DNA of 60,157 nucleotides from Desulfurococcaceae archaeon (GCA_020833245.1 JAJHQQ010000001.1:1-60157), one strand, 5' to 3'. Positions 34,394 to 45,015 are shown, counted from the first letter of the stretch. The notes: generated by a model from the sequence alone, not told the origin. Translations and numbers: made by a program.

Positions 34394-34630
34394 ATGACTA
34401 TAGGGTTATTGCGAGGAGTAAACAAGTCTGGGCATAAAGGGTGGACCACTGAGAAGTGCATACTATGTGGTGCAACGCTGGATTTTCTACACGGTTACGA
34501 GCTCAAGAACATCTACTACTGTTCAAAGTGCCTAAGTAACAACATAAAGGCATATTTCTGCGCAGCTGACGCTAGGAAAGTTCACTATAAATGCCCATTT
34601 TGTCACAGTGAGCTTAAACCTTACTATTGA
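34394..34630 (+). CDS. Small Cys-rich zinc-finger protein
   Basis: CILCG...CSKC...CPFCH pairs. Its 3' end overlaps the convergent ferredoxin gene by 17 nt. Confidence 0.4.
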   Translation: MTIGLLRGVNKSGHKGWTTEKCILCGATLDFLHGYELKNIYYCSKCLSNNIKAYFCAADARKVHYKCPFCHSELKPYY

Positions 34631-34835
34631 AGACCTCTACTCGAATAGCATTACTGGGACAGAGAGGTATACATCCATAACACTCAATACACTTAGTACT
34701 ATCCGCTACAACTCTGCCGTTAACTATACTAAACACGTAGGTTGGGCAGTAGAGAACACAGAGTTTACACAGTGTGCACTTACCTGTATCAACCTCGACT
34801 TTGACGTTGCTTTGATTAGTACCCACGTTCCCCAC
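34614..34835 (-). CDS. 2x[4Fe-4S] ferredoxin
   Basis: CTLCKLCVLYCP and CIECYGCIPLCP. Confidence 0.85.
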   Translation of the reverse strand: MGNVGTNQSNVKVEVDTGKCTLCKLCVLYCPTYVFSIVNGRVVADSTKCIECYGCIPLCPSNAIRVEVFNSKV

Positions 34836-34919
34836 TCAGGGATTTATAAGTACTCTCTGTTTTTATCTCAACTCTGCACGCTAATTACTTATATAATAGG
34901 CCTTCACGGGGTGTTTTAA

Positions 34920-35594
34920 TTGCTGATAAGAGCAGATCTCCATGTGCATACTACATATAGTGACGGTAAAGCCTCTCCATGGGAGGTACTTTACGTTGCA
35001 CGTGAAAAAGGCTTAAATGTCGTAGCGATCACGGACCACGATACATTTGCTGGGAGTGTAGCCGCCTACAGGTACCGCGATAGAGCATTAGACCTACCAC
35101 TAGTTCTCATAGGTGTTGAAGTCAGGTGTATTGAGGGTGATATACTAGTATACTGTGAAAAAGAAGTTGATTTTCCCAGGAGAGTAAGAGACCTAGTTGA
35201 AAAAGCACACGCAGAAAACTGCCTAGTTGTACCTGCACACCCATATGACATTACACGGCTTGGTATAGGTGATTTAATACTAGAGATCAGAGACTGGGAT
35301 GCGATCGAAGTGTGGAACGCGTCTGCCACGAAGAGAGCCAATTTAAAGGCTTTAAAAGCGGCTCAGATGCTAGGGAAGCCTGGCTTGGCGAGTAGTGATG
35401 CCCACGTTCCCGAGGAGATAGGGTCTGCGTACACTTATGTAGAAGTAAGTGACTTATCTCCTGCCTCAGTATTAGAGGCTATTAAACGAGGGAGAGTTAA
35501 GCCCATATTTCATTCACGCCCTTTTAACACAGTGTTGAAAAGGGCTTTGTGGAGTGTTGAGAGGGTAGTAAGAGATTTCACTAAGAGAATTTAA
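34920..35594 (+). CDS. PHP-domain metal-dependent phosphoesterase
   Basis: ADLHVHTTYSDG, ITDHD, ...PAHP, SDAH motifs. Confidence 0.8.
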   Translation: MLIRADLHVHTTYSDGKASPWEVLYVAREKGLNVVAITDHDTFAGSVAAYRYRDRALDLPLVLIGVEVRCIEGDILVYCEKEVDFPRRVRDLVEKAHAENCLVVPAHPYDITRLGIGDLILEIRDWDAIEVWNASATKRANLKALKAAQMLGKPGLASSDAHVPEEIGSAYTYVEVSDLSPASVLEAIKRGRVKPIFHSRPFNTVLKRALWSVERVVRDFTKRI

Positions 35595-38127
35595 TGTAAA
35601 CACCTTCTCCTAGTTTTATGGTGTCTTTTGGCGGCTCTTTCTCATAGAATGCTAAGCGCTCAAAGCCGTGTAGATCTATTAGCTCATCAGCCACCGCCTT
35701 AAATTTGGCATCTAAGTAGACTTCTCCCTTCAGCGGCTCACTTAGTTTAACACCTATGGACTTCTTATATCTCCAGACCGTGTGGTTTACGCGCTGTACT
35801 TCTACGGCTAAGTCCTCAGGGATCTTCAGGTACTCGTCTTCGGGCTCAGGGAACCTCTCGCAGTGTACACTGTGCTTATAAAGCTCTCTATAGATAGCAT
35901 CTGTGATAAAGGGCATTATAGGCGATAGCATTATAAGTATTCTTCTCAGCGTGTAGTGTAGCGTGTACCACGCGCCTTTCTGCTCGAGTTCACTGTACTT
36001 GTCATTATAATTATAAGCCCTGTTCTTAACGAGCTCGAGGTAGTGAGAGGCAAAGTAGTTCCACGTGAACTGGTACAACTCGTTCACCGGCACGTAGACG
36101 TCGAGATCACTATATCCCCTGTCCACGGCGACTACTAGCCTGTTAACTAAAGCTAGAGTGGCCTTGTCAATAGGTCTTAGGGCGTAGTCATGGGGTTCAG
36201 GAAAACTAGACACAAACCTAGCAATATTCCATAGTTTAGTAGCAAAGAGTAGGCCGCTCTTAATAGTGTTCTCACTAAACCTATAATCGTATCCGAGCTT
36301 AGCGCTAATAGCTGCCCAAAAGCGAACAGCGTCTGCACCGTACTTCTCAACGTAGGGTTCTGGGTCAATTATGTTTCCTTTAGACTTGTGCATAGCCTCG
36401 CCTTTCTCGTCGAGACCCATACCTGTGACTCTAACCCACTTAAACGCAGGCTTTCCAGTTAACTGGTAGACTCTTAGGAGAGAGTAGTAGAGCCACGTTC
36501 TAATAATGTCCACTCCCTGAGGTCTCAGCGCGTTCGAGAAGGACTTCTCAAATAGCTTCTGATCTCGCAAGTAGCCCGTCACGTATAGGACACTAATACT
36601 ACTATCAAACCACGTATCAAACACCTTTGTCTCTCCTACAAGCTCTGATCTCGAGGCTCCACACTTAGGGCACTTATTCCATGGTGGAGGGTCTATCCAC
36701 GGCCTGTAGTACGCACCGGGCTCTGGTAATAGGACTTCACCGCACTTTTTACAGTACCACACGGGGACTTCTGTGGCATAGTACCGGTCTCTGCTAATAG
36801 GCCAATCTGAGGAGACACTCGTAATCCAGTCCACTAGTTTCGCTTTGTGCATAGGCGGCTTAAAGTCTATTTTCTCAATTAACTCCAAGAGGCTGTCTCT
36901 GAATTCTAACTGCTTTAAAAACCACTCTGTAGCGTGAATTATTTGAACTGGTGTTTTACACCTCCAGCAGACTGGGACTCTATGTAATATTTTCTCTTTT
37001 TTAACGAGTAAACCTCTCTCTTCTAAAATTTCCACTACTTTCCTCCTAGCACCCTCTACAGTTAAACCGGCTAGTGGACCCGCTTCCTCCCTCATCTTGC
37101 CGTCTTTGTCTACTATAACTAGAGGTGTTAACCCGAGATCCCTAAACATCCTCACGTCTTCGTGGTCGCCGTAACTACACACCATTACGAGGCCTGTACC
37201 AAAATTCGGGTTCACGGACTCGTGAGTTAATATGGGCATTCTGTGGCCGTAGAGTGGGTTTACCGCGTGTAGCCCCTTAAGGTGCAAGTAGCGTGAGTCA
37301 TTAGGATTGAAAACAAGCGCCATACACGAGCGGAGAAGCTCGGGCCTTGTAGTCGCAACTACGGCTTTTTCACCTATTTCCTCAACGGCGAATACAAGAT
37401 AGTAGAGGTAGTCCTCTCTAGGCTCGTACTCGAGTTCAGCTTCTGCTAAGGCTGTTCTACACCTAGGGCACCAGTTAACAGGTCTCTCCGCCTTGTATAT
37501 CAAGCCCTTCTTGTAGAGCTCTATAAAAGTAGCTTGAGTAATCCTCCGGTATTCTTCACTGTCGGTTCCGTTTCTCCAGTACTGAAAAGAGCAGCCGAGT
37601 CGTCTCCATATTTTCACAAGCTCTCTTTCAATCTCGTCTAGTTGCTCTCTACACATATTAAGGAAGAGTAGTCTCCCCTCGGGTGTCTTAGCAACCTCGT
37701 GTGGTTTTACTCCCTTTTTCTTCTCGACTTGGACTTCTACAGGTAAGCCGTTTCTATCAGCGTAAAATGGCACGAGAACCCTGTATCCTTTTAGCCTAAA
37801 ATACCTGGCAATCATGTCTATTTGAGTGTAGTGTGCAGCTGCACCTACATGCCACCTTCCACTAGTGTACGGTGGTGGAGTATCTATAGCGATAACTTCG
37901 TCCTTAGGCGTGTATGTAAACTCGTATAGTTTCTCCTTCTCCCACAAGTCGAGAAGCTCAAGCTCTCTCCGCATGTCCCAGCGTGTAGCCTTCAACTTAG
38001 GTTCAAAGACCTGCAATTTCTCACCGCTACGCCTCCTGTTAAAGAGAGTACTAAGTGCTATTAGTAAATAAACTTCTCTTAGCTTCTGAGAGGTCTGCTC
38101 GCTCAGAGTACACTCACTAGCTTCCAT
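35581..38127 (-). CDS. valS: Valyl-tRNA synthetase
   Basis: Class Ia motifs: PPPYTSGRWHVG (HIGH-like), editing-domain ATTRPELL, zinc CxxC pairs, KSKGN (KMSKS-like). The likely start is TTG 38016 (MQVFEPKLKATRWD), preceded by AGGAGG. The track start 38127 overlaps the upstream gene. Confidence 0.9.
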   Translation of the reverse strand: MEASECTLSEQTSQKLREVYLLIALSTLFNRRRSGEKLQVFEPKLKATRWDMRRELELLDLWEKEKLYEFTYTPKDEVIAIDTPPPYTSGRWHVGAAAHYTQIDMIARYFRLKGYRVLVPFYADRNGLPVEVQVEKKKGVKPHEVAKTPEGRLLFLNMCREQLDEIERELVKIWRRLGCSFQYWRNGTDSEEYRRITQATFIELYKKGLIYKAERPVNWCPRCRTALAEAELEYEPREDYLYYLVFAVEEIGEKAVVATTRPELLRSCMALVFNPNDSRYLHLKGLHAVNPLYGHRMPILTHESVNPNFGTGLVMVCSYGDHEDVRMFRDLGLTPLVIVDKDGKMREEAGPLAGLTVEGARRKVVEILEERGLLVKKEKILHRVPVCWRCKTPVQIIHATEWFLKQLEFRDSLLELIEKIDFKPPMHKAKLVDWITSVSSDWPISRDRYYATEVPVWYCKKCGEVLLPEPGAYYRPWIDPPPWNKCPKCGASRSELVGETKVFDTWFDSSISVLYVTGYLRDQKLFEKSFSNALRPQGVDIIRTWLYYSLLRVYQLTGKPAFKWVRVTGMGLDEKGEAMHKSKGNIIDPEPYVEKYGADAVRFWAAISAKLGYDYRFSENTIKSGLLFATKLWNIARFVSSFPEPHDYALRPIDKATLALVNRLVVAVDRGYSDLDVYVPVNELYQFTWNYFASHYLELVKNRAYNYNDKYSELEQKGAWYTLHYTLRRILIMLSPIMPFITDAIYRELYKHSVHCERFPEPEDEYLKIPEDLAVEVQRVNHTVWRYKKSIGVKLSEPLKGEVYLDAKFKAVADELIDLHGFERLAFYEKEPPKDTIKLGEGVYIKFS

Positions 38128-38489
38128 GATTCCTTGTAGATTTTCTCAACTTCATCCCTATCTGGCTTGTGATTCAATATCCACTTAACATTAACTATTT
38201 CCACGGGGTTTTCTAGGACTTTAACCGCGATTACAAGCACTCTAAGAACACCCTGTACACTGCTTGTCGCCTCTCTGACTTCTTTAACTAGTAGACACAC
38301 ACTATTAACGCAGGTCTTCTCTGAGTACTCAAACTCTTCTCTTCTCGCATACACGTCTACTGAAACTATGTAGTTGCCTTTCTCTCCTAAAACTAGGACC
38401 CTGTAGTATTCATCAAAGTAGATCTCTTCGTACTCACCGGGCTTAGGGCTCACAGTCAAATCACTAGCACCCACTTCGACGAGTAGCAT
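38103..38489 (-). CDS. Hypothetical protein (128 aa)
   Basis: ORF between the radical-SAM gene and valS on the same strand. No motif recognised. Confidence 0.3.
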   Translation of the reverse strand: MLLVEVGASDLTVSPKPGEYEEIYFDEYYRVLVLGEKGNYIVSVDVYARREEFEYSEKTCVNSVCLLVKEVREATSSVQGVLRVLVIAVKVLENPVEIVNVKWILNHKPDRDEVEKIYKESWKLVSVL

Positions 38490-38498
38490 TCTCTAAGT

Positions 38499-39638
38499 TC
38501 AGGAGACGGGCTCAAATACTATGCCCAGCTCTCTGGCTATTTTATAGGCTTCACTCATCTCGCTCTGCGTGGGCCTCCTGGAAATGTCGGGGTACATTTT
38601 CGGGTACTTTGCGACTAAGTGCTCTGGGCGGTACTGATCCATGATGTTTACTAGCGCGCGAGGAGTATTTTTAGCTATCCACTCGAGGACTGGGCGTGTA
38701 CAGCACTCTATGTGATTTGGCATGACGAGGTGTCTTATAATCATGTCTCCAGCCTCATGGGCTCTCTTAATATTTCTCGTAGTGACCTCCCAGTAGTTTC
38801 TGACTTTGCTTAGTCTCCACGCGCAGTCGTTATTGCCGTATTTTAGATCTGGTAGCCAGATGTCAATAACGTCTTCGAGTAGAATCATGGAGTCGAGAGA
38901 CATGTACATATTGCTATTCCAGAGTTGCGGGACACTTACGTCTAGATATCTCAAACTGTCCAGTATAAATGGCAGGTGTGGTGTGGGCTCTCCTCCAACG
39001 TGATTTATATTTCGAGCACCGCGCCTTCTCAAGTACACCTGAATAGAAGCTAGCTCCCGTGGTGATAGTCTCTCACCGCTACGCGCCATTACTTGACTTA
39101 TATCGTAGTTCTGGCAGAATGCGCACTTAAAATTACACCCACCATAGAATATAGTTCCACTGGGTACAAGCGGGGCTTCTTCACCCATGTGGTGAAAATA
39201 ACTGTGAACTATAGCGTCCTTATCCACGAGACAGACACCCGGCTTACCCTCTAATCTGAGGGCTCCACAGGACCTCTCACACAGCCTACAGGGGCTCATT
39301 AACCTGTACGCTATAGCTACCTTAACGTCTAAGTAGCTATGCTTAGGCCTCTCGAGGCGCTCAATATTGATCTCCCCTTTCTTAACAGCCACGAAGTAAT
39401 CTCTAAATATTCGTGAAGACTCCTCGTGGAGACTCCACAGGTCTCTGAGCGACAGATCCTGCGAGAAGAGATCCGCCTCTACTGGCACCCTCTTTGCGAT
39501 CTGAAACTTCGCTGGCATCTCGTTCCTCATAACTCTGTAGTACCATGAAAGCCTCTCTTTAACTTCGGGATGAGACCACACACTTATCGCGTCGGGTCGT
39601 ATACTTAGTAGTGTAGTTATCCACTCCATTACTTTCAC
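38499..39638 (-). CDS. Radical SAM protein (PflX/COG1313-like, related to pyruvate formate-lyase activase)
   Basis: CNFKCAFCQN CxxxCxxC cluster plus an upstream Cys-rich segment CRLCERSCG...C. Confidence 0.7.
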   Translation of the reverse strand: MKVMEWITTLLSIRPDAISVWSHPEVKERLSWYYRVMRNEMPAKFQIAKRVPVEADLFSQDLSLRDLWSLHEESSRIFRDYFVAVKKGEINIERLERPKHSYLDVKVAIAYRLMSPCRLCERSCGALRLEGKPGVCLVDKDAIVHSYFHHMGEEAPLVPSGTIFYGGCNFKCAFCQNYDISQVMARSGERLSPRELASIQVYLRRRGARNINHVGGEPTPHLPFILDSLRYLDVSVPQLWNSNMYMSLDSMILLEDVIDIWLPDLKYGNNDCAWRLSKVRNYWEVTTRNIKRAHEAGDMIIRHLVMPNHIECCTRPVLEWIAKNTPRALVNIMDQYRPEHLVAKYPKMYPDISRRPTQSEMSEAYKIARELGIVFEPVS

Positions 39639-39685
39639 GGTTAAAACAGTTACTCTGAAATACTGTTCTCTAAGAACGGCTATTA

Positions 39686-40330
39686 TTACTTTAACCTATC
39701 TAGTAGATCGACGATCTCTACTAGGCTACTGACAGTGTACTTCGCGTATTTACACTCCTCTCCACACGGAGTCAGCGCAATAGACACGGGAACGGCCTTG
39801 AAGACGTCAATATCCCACGAGCTGTCCCCCACGTAGACTACATCCTCGATGCTAAAGCCTAAGTCGTGTGCAAGCTTACGAATAATAGTTGGCTTTTCGA
39901 GTAGAGGGACCCTTGGGATCCCGCCTGGCACGAGCTCGTCGTCGACGAATACTAGTTCATTGTAAAGGCACGTATCTATATTGAGCTCTCTACACACTCT
40001 ACGGACGAGAATATCTACCCCGCTACTGACTACTGCTAATTTGTGTCCTCGCCTCTTCAACTCCGTGATTGCAGTAAAGGCGTCCCTACGTATCTCAACG
40101 CTCCGCAGAGCCTCTTCTACATCTCTCCTCTTTATTGGTGCTCCGCGCCTTTGAATCATTAACGCGATGTCTATTATCATCCAGTCGAGGTAGGATATAA
40201 GCCCCCGCCTATAGAGCTCTGCGAAGTACTTGTTGTCTCCACTTCCAAAGTACTCGTGTAGTAACCCCCAGCTACTCTTAACACTTGTTAAAACACCGTC
40301 ACAGTCAAATACGACGAGCTTTCTCGACAA
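39686..40330 (-). CDS. HAD-superfamily hydrolase (phosphoserine-phosphatase-like subfamily)
   Basis: Motif I VVFDCDGVL, motif II VVSSG, motif III/IV K...GDSSWD. Confidence 0.75.
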   Translation of the reverse strand: MSRKLVVFDCDGVLTSVKSSWGLLHEYFGSGDNKYFAELYRRGLISYLDWMIIDIALMIQRRGAPIKRRDVEEALRSVEIRRDAFTAITELKRRGHKLAVVSSGVDILVRRVCRELNIDTCLYNELVFVDDELVPGGIPRVPLLEKPTIIRKLAHDLGFSIEDVVYVGDSSWDIDVFKAVPVSIALTPCGEECKYAKYTVSSLVEIVDLLDRLK

Positions 40331-41102
40331 GCTCGCTAATCACCTCTAATATGCCACTCCACGTCGGTCTCTCAACTATTCTCCTAGTTAAAACATCTAT
40401 AACAGCCTTTCCCCTTAATACGCGAATTCTAAGCTCTGTATTCTCGTTTATAGTTAACTTAATAGTTCTCTTCTTGATCTCCACGCTACTAGCGCCAGTC
40501 CTCCTCCGTATAGTCTCAGCTAATTCACTAATGTTCTTATTTAACTCAACTATTTCACCAAGTCTTCTGCGAGATTGACTTTGAGCCTCAACAATATATT
40601 GAAGCGCATTCTCTATAGCTAGTTTTAAATCCTCAAGCTCCGAGTACGCTTCTCTCGCTTTTTCAAGTACCTCGACTAGTACATTTCCGTAGCCGCTCTC
40701 AACAAGGATGCTTACGAGCTCTGAGAACTCCTTGGAATTTAAGTATAGCTTTAAGTTGTGCGCATCTCCTCCAAATACACTAAACTTATACTTGCTCTCT
40801 GCCTGGAAAACTAGTCTTTTAATTTCACTCGCCAGTTTCGCCGGGAAGCCTTTCTCCACGTACTCGTTTAAAATCGGATTGACGATATTTCTCAAGAAGT
40901 CCTTGGACACTACTAGCACCTTGCTATTTATAAGCTCCTTCAAAAATATTAAATCACACGAATACGCGAAGTCGGGAAGAGTGTCAACGTGACTCGGAGT
41001 AAAACACGTGGAGAACCATATACCAGTGACATCTACAGGTACAGTATATACCCTAGAGTAAAATACGACAATCCAAGTAGTGATATTAGTGTTGGTCAAC
41101 AA
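40305..41102 (-). CDS. Hypothetical protein
   Basis: Long ORF with a helical, coiled-coil-like C-terminal half. The start is uncertain because the N-terminal about 40 aa look non-protein-like. Confidence 0.3.
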   Translation of the reverse strand: MLTNTNITTWIVVFYSRVYTVPVDVTGIWFSTCFTPSHVDTLPDFAYSCDLIFLKELINSKVLVVSKDFLRNIVNPILNEYVEKGFPAKLASEIKRLVFQAESKYKFSVFGGDAHNLKLYLNSKEFSELVSILVESGYGNVLVEVLEKAREAYSELEDLKLAIENALQYIVEAQSQSRRRLGEIVELNKNISELAETIRRRTGASSVEIKKRTIKLTINENTELRIRVLRGKAVIDVLTRRIVERPTWSGILEVISELVEKARRI

Positions 41103-41105
41103 ATA

Positions 41106-41288
41106 GTGGTGGATATATACGACATTGACGATAAAGGGCGCGGAGTGGTGATGTACAAGGGCAAAAAGATCATTGTGCCAAACGCGACACTCGGCTCTAG
41201 AGTTCGCGTTAAAGTAGTGAGAGTTGAAAAAGACATCGCAGTAGCCAATATTATTAGTGTTCTACGGGAAACGGACACCGTCTACTAG
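41106..41288 (+). CDS. TRAM-domain protein (small OB-fold RNA-binding protein)
   Basis: VVDIYDIDDKGRGVVMYKGKKIIVPNATLGSRVRVKVVRVEKDIAVANI matches the stand-alone archaeal TRAM pattern. The start was trimmed to GTG 41106 (track start 40989). Confidence 0.65.
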   Translation: MVDIYDIDDKGRGVVMYKGKKIIVPNATLGSRVRVKVVRVEKDIAVANIISVLRETDTVY

Positions 41289-41323
41289 TAGTTTCTGTAG
41301 TAGCCAGGTGTAAAAACGGAAAA

Positions 41324-41812
41324 TTAGAACTTATAGCCTATTTTTCTCAGAAATTCCCTTCTCTCGGCCTTGTCTTCAGCGGACTCTACGCCTAGTGGTG
41401 TATAGCCGTCGACGACCCCTATTATAGTTCTCCCCTGATCAGTCTCGGCGACTATCACTTCAATAGGGTTAGCGGTTGCCACGTACAGCGACACGATCTC
41501 CTGTACCTGTTTAAGTTGATTTAGCACGTTAATAGGGTAGGCGTTTCTTATAAATAGCACAAATGTGTGCCCCGCACCTATTTTTAAAGCAGCTTCAATT
41601 GAGGCTTTAACGAGTTCTTCGTCATTGCCCTCGTATCTAACGAGTCTTTTTCCACTAGCCTCATTAAAGGCAATACCGAACTTTATGCCTGGAACACTTG
41701 TAACTAGAACCTCGTATACGTCTTCAACTGTTTTTATAAAGTGACTTCTACCAATAATGACATTTGCGCCGTGTGGTATTGGAATAGAGACCACGTGGAG
41801 TTTTACGCTCAT
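41324..41812 (-). CDS. Adenosine-specific kinase family protein (PF04008/DUF355)
   Basis: Conserved archaeal about 160-aa family pattern ([19 protein letters not shown]...[19 protein letters not shown]). Recognised from memory. Confidence 0.6.
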   Translation of the reverse strand: MSVKLHVVSIPIPHGANVIIGRSHFIKTVEDVYEVLVTSVPGIKFGIAFNEASGKRLVRYEGNDEELVKASIEAALKIGAGHTFVLFIRNAYPINVLNQLKQVQEIVSLYVATANPIEVIVAETDQGRTIIGVVDGYTPLGVESAEDKAERREFLRKIGYKF

Positions 41813-41872
41813 ATGAGCCCCCGTGTTTATGTAAATTAAGGAGTTCCTGGTAAAATAACATGGAGTACGAGT

Positions 41873-42472
41873 ATGCGCGTAATTTCGAAAATAGAGCTGT
41901 TAGAGCAGGTTACTGAGAGCGATAGTACTGTACGATTAGAGGCCCTAAGAGTAGACAGGGAAATGTGGAATCCTATTGAAGTAGAAGGCGGTAGGGCAAC
42001 ATTAGAAGATCTCGTGGAGATAGCAGCGGAGAATATCGTTAAGTATCGCGCTGGTGATAAAGTACTACTAGTTAGCGTTGAAGCCCCTGGGCTGAGAGTT
42101 ATTCTCGGAGACAACTCGCTCAAGAAGACGTCAACTGTACTGTCTCCCAAGCCCTCGTACTTGCGGAGAGTACTATTTGTGAAGTGCAGAGAAGGCGGAA
42201 ACTGTGGAGTTATATATGAGTTTAGACCTAGTAGCCAGCTCGTAGTCTACGAGGGGTCAATTGAGCTACTTAAAAACATAGATTACGACTTTATTGTGTT
42301 AGAGTGTGATGACTACAAGAGAATACTTCTTACTCACGAGTTAAGCATGTCTGTAGTTAAGAGCGAAGTTAAGAAGACGAGGAAAAAGCGCAGAAAACGC
42401 GTAGTGTCTAAGAAGAGCGAGAGGAAAAAGAAGAGGACTAAGAGATCGAGGTCTAGGAAGTCTAAGAGGTGA
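41873..42472 (+). CDS. Hypothetical protein with an extremely basic C-terminal tail
   Basis: The last about 34 residues are [33 protein letters not shown]. The globular N-terminal about 160 aa has no recognised motif. Confidence 0.4.
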   Translation: MRVISKIELLEQVTESDSTVRLEALRVDREMWNPIEVEGGRATLEDLVEIAAENIVKYRAGDKVLLVSVEAPGLRVILGDNSLKKTSTVLSPKPSYLRRVLFVKCREGGNCGVIYEFRPSSQLVVYEGSIELLKNIDYDFIVLECDDYKRILLTHELSMSVVKSEVKKTRKKRRKRVVSKKSERKKKRTKRSRSRKSKR

Positions 42473-43212
42473 GGAGTATAGTGCCAATTCACATTAAAGC
42501 GCGCAGAGAGGACATAGCCGCTAACGTAATTGCCTCGGGAGATCCGGCTCGAGTAGACCTCATTGCCGGCTTACTAAGTGACGTGAAAGTCGTAAATACG
42601 CACCGCGGTCTCAAAGTAGTCACTGGCTACTACAAGAACACTAGAATTACACTTGCTACTCACGGTATAGGTGCGCCGAGTGCTGCAATAGTATTTGAGG
42701 AGCTGAATCAGCTTGGCGCTAAGAGAATAGTTAGGCTGGGAACAACGGGTGGAATTAGAAAAGACACACGAGTAGGAGATATCATAGTCGTAACGGCAGC
42801 TGCCTATACACAGGGTGGCTGTGCCGTAGGGCAGTACATGCCTGGAATTTGTGGAGCGACAGGGCCCGATCCTAAGTTAACGTACTACATTATGAGGGGG
42901 CTCGAAGAGCGGGGTATTCCATATAAGTATGGCCCCGTGTTCTCTAGTGACAGCTTCTACTCCGAGTCCGAGGAGTTTGTGGAGACTATGAGCAAGTACG
43001 GTATAATTGCCGTGGAAATGGAGGCGGCAGCGCTATTTGCTCTTGGCTGGATGAGGGGGTTTGAAACAGCGTGTGTTCTAGTTGTAAGTGATGTTCTCCA
43101 CGGAGAGGGAGATAAAGGGGTCTTCTTGACAACAGAGGAGCTCGCCAACGTGTTTTTAAAGGTGGGTGAAGTTTTACTAAACGTGTATGATAGGTACTAT
43201 AGGGCTGATTAG
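42469..43212 (+). CDS. Nucleoside phosphorylase (PNP/UDP family 1; uridine/purine/MTA specificity unresolved)
   Basis: GDPARV, THGIGAPSAAI, RLGTTGG, VEMEAAALF motifs. Confidence 0.8.
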   Translation: MRSIVPIHIKARREDIAANVIASGDPARVDLIAGLLSDVKVVNTHRGLKVVTGYYKNTRITLATHGIGAPSAAIVFEELNQLGAKRIVRLGTTGGIRKDTRVGDIIVVTAAAYTQGGCAVGQYMPGICGATGPDPKLTYYIMRGLEERGIPYKYGPVFSSDSFYSESEEFVETMSKYGIIAVEMEAAALFALGWMRGFETACVLVVSDVLHGEGDKGVFLTTEELANVFLKVGEVLLNVYDRYYRAD

Positions 43213-43216
43213 CACA

Positions 43217-44662
43217 GTGTTACCGGCAATAGAGCTCTACGACACTCTCAGCAAGGGGGATAAGGAGCTCACGCCGGTAGAGCCTAATACTGTTAAAATC
43301 TACGTGTGCGGGCCTACAGTCTACGACTACACGCACATAGGGCATGGCAGGACATATGTAGTTTACGATGCTCTTAAAAGGTACTTGTCGCTCAGGGGTT
43401 ACACAGTAGTACACGTCATGAACATAACAGACATAGACGACAAGATAATAAAGAGATCTGCGGAGGAAGGGCGAGACTGGAGGGAAATAAGCGAGGAGTA
43501 CACTAGAGACTACCTCGAAATGCTCAACACGCTTAAAGTCCAGGTGGATCACCACCCGCGCGTAACAGATCACATAAACGAAATCATAGAGTTCATATCA
43601 GCCTTAATAGACAAGGGCTACGCTTATGTCGCTCCAAGTGGGAGCGTGTACTTTGAAGTAGACAAGTACGAAGAGTACGGTAAATTGTCAGGTAGACTAG
43701 AAAAGAGCCTTTGGAGTCAAGAGCAAGAATATCTCAGCGAGAAGAAAAAGCCATATGACTTTGCACTCTGGAAGGCGAGTAAGCCAGGAGAACCATACTG
43801 GGAAAGCCCCTGGGGTAAAGGGAGACCGGGCTGGCATATTGAGTGCAGCGTAATGAGCTCTAGATACCTAGGAGGGAGATTTGATATTCACGGAGGTGGA
43901 ACAGACCTCATTTTCCCCCATCACGAAAACGAGAGAGCGCAGAGCGAGGCTCTCTTCGGAGTGAAACCCTGGGTCTCGATCTGGATGCACACGGGTCTAG
44001 TAATGGTCGGTGCAGATAAGATGAGTAAAAGCCTAGGTAACATTACACCACTGCGTGAGGCGTTCAAGAAGTGGAAGCCAGAAGTACTCAGGTTGTGGTA
44101 TCTTCACGTACACTACAGAAAACCACTACACTTTTCAGATGAGAGCTTAGAGAGCGCTGAAAAACTCTATGAGAGAATACACTCGGCTTATAAACTCGCA
44201 GAGAGACTCTACAGAGAAGCTATAGACCAGCACTACTTAAGAGGCGAAGACCTCAAAATTCTAAGATACGTTGTTGACTTAAACTCTAGGTTTCACAGCG
44301 CGCTCAGCAACGACTTTAATACTCCAGAAGCACTCGCAGTGATAAGTGAGCTAGTCTCACTAATCTACAGGGAGATTCAGTATAATCCCAAGTACATGTT
44401 AGTCTCCCTTTCAATAAAGCTACTTAAGTCCTTCAACCACGTATTTGGCGTACTCGACGAGAAAGCCGAGATGGCGGCGGAGACAGAGCCACTGGTAAAT
44501 GAGCTAATTAAAATACTCATCGATGTCCGCAAGGAGTTAAGGAAGAGAGGCCTATATGACCTCTCGGACTCTATTCGCGGCGAGCTCTCAAAGATAGGTA
44601 TTCAACTAATGGATAAAGGGCTTGAAACCACCTGGATTATTAGGAGGAAAGCTGAACACTAG
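43217..44662 (+). CDS. cysS: Cysteinyl-tRNA synthetase
   Basis: CGPTVYDYTHIGHGRTY (HIGH), WHIECS zinc site, KMSKSLGN. The start was set at GTG 43217 (MLPAIELYDTL), which removes the overlap with the upstream gene. Confidence 0.95.
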   Translation: MLPAIELYDTLSKGDKELTPVEPNTVKIYVCGPTVYDYTHIGHGRTYVVYDALKRYLSLRGYTVVHVMNITDIDDKIIKRSAEEGRDWREISEEYTRDYLEMLNTLKVQVDHHPRVTDHINEIIEFISALIDKGYAYVAPSGSVYFEVDKYEEYGKLSGRLEKSLWSQEQEYLSEKKKPYDFALWKASKPGEPYWESPWGKGRPGWHIECSVMSSRYLGGRFDIHGGGTDLIFPHHENERAQSEALFGVKPWVSIWMHTGLVMVGADKMSKSLGNITPLREAFKKWKPEVLRLWYLHVHYRKPLHFSDESLESAEKLYERIHSAYKLAERLYREAIDQHYLRGEDLKILRYVVDLNSRFHSALSNDFNTPEALAVISELVSLIYREIQYNPKYMLVSLSIKLLKSFNHVFGVLDEKAEMAAETEPLVNELIKILIDVRKELRKRGLYDLSDSIRGELSKIGIQLMDKGLETTWIIRRKAEH

Positions 44663-44883
44663 CTCCTTTCCAGGTTTTTCTTAATTTCTAAGACAATGTT
44701 TTTTACGTCTTCGGACGATGTTAAGGATGAAAGCTTTTTCGACATCACGTAGAAGTGTACACTATTGGTTCTCTTATTCAGGAGCCTTAAGACGTCCTTA
44801 TCTCTAAATACATATATGTCTAGTAACTCTAGTCCCTGTGTACTCAATTCTCTTCTAAGCACTTCTGTAAGAGACTTCACCAT
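44659..44883 (-). CDS. Hypothetical protein (74 aa)
   Basis: ORF convergent with cysS (4-nt overlap). No motif recognised. Confidence 0.3.
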   Translation of the reverse strand: MVKSLTEVLRRELSTQGLELLDIYVFRDKDVLRLLNKRTNSVHFYVMSKKLSSLTSSEDVKNIVLEIKKNLERS

Positions 44884-45015
44884 TATTTAACCCTGCTAAG
44901 ACCCATGTTTAGAGGTGTCTAAACTGCGGGAGCTTATAAGCTTTATAATAAGCGAGTTAAATATACCCTTGTAGAGTCACTATTATGAGGAAATTAGGAC
45001 ATAGTTCTTTAATCT

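Noticed and set aside
34608-34919. 103-aa plus-strand ORF
   Set aside because: It is antisense to a clear 2x[4Fe-4S] ferredoxin gene (34614..34835) and has no motif.
41836-42150. 104-aa minus-strand ORF
   Set aside because: It is antisense to 41873..42472 and is a Ser/Thr/Leu-rich shadow ORF.
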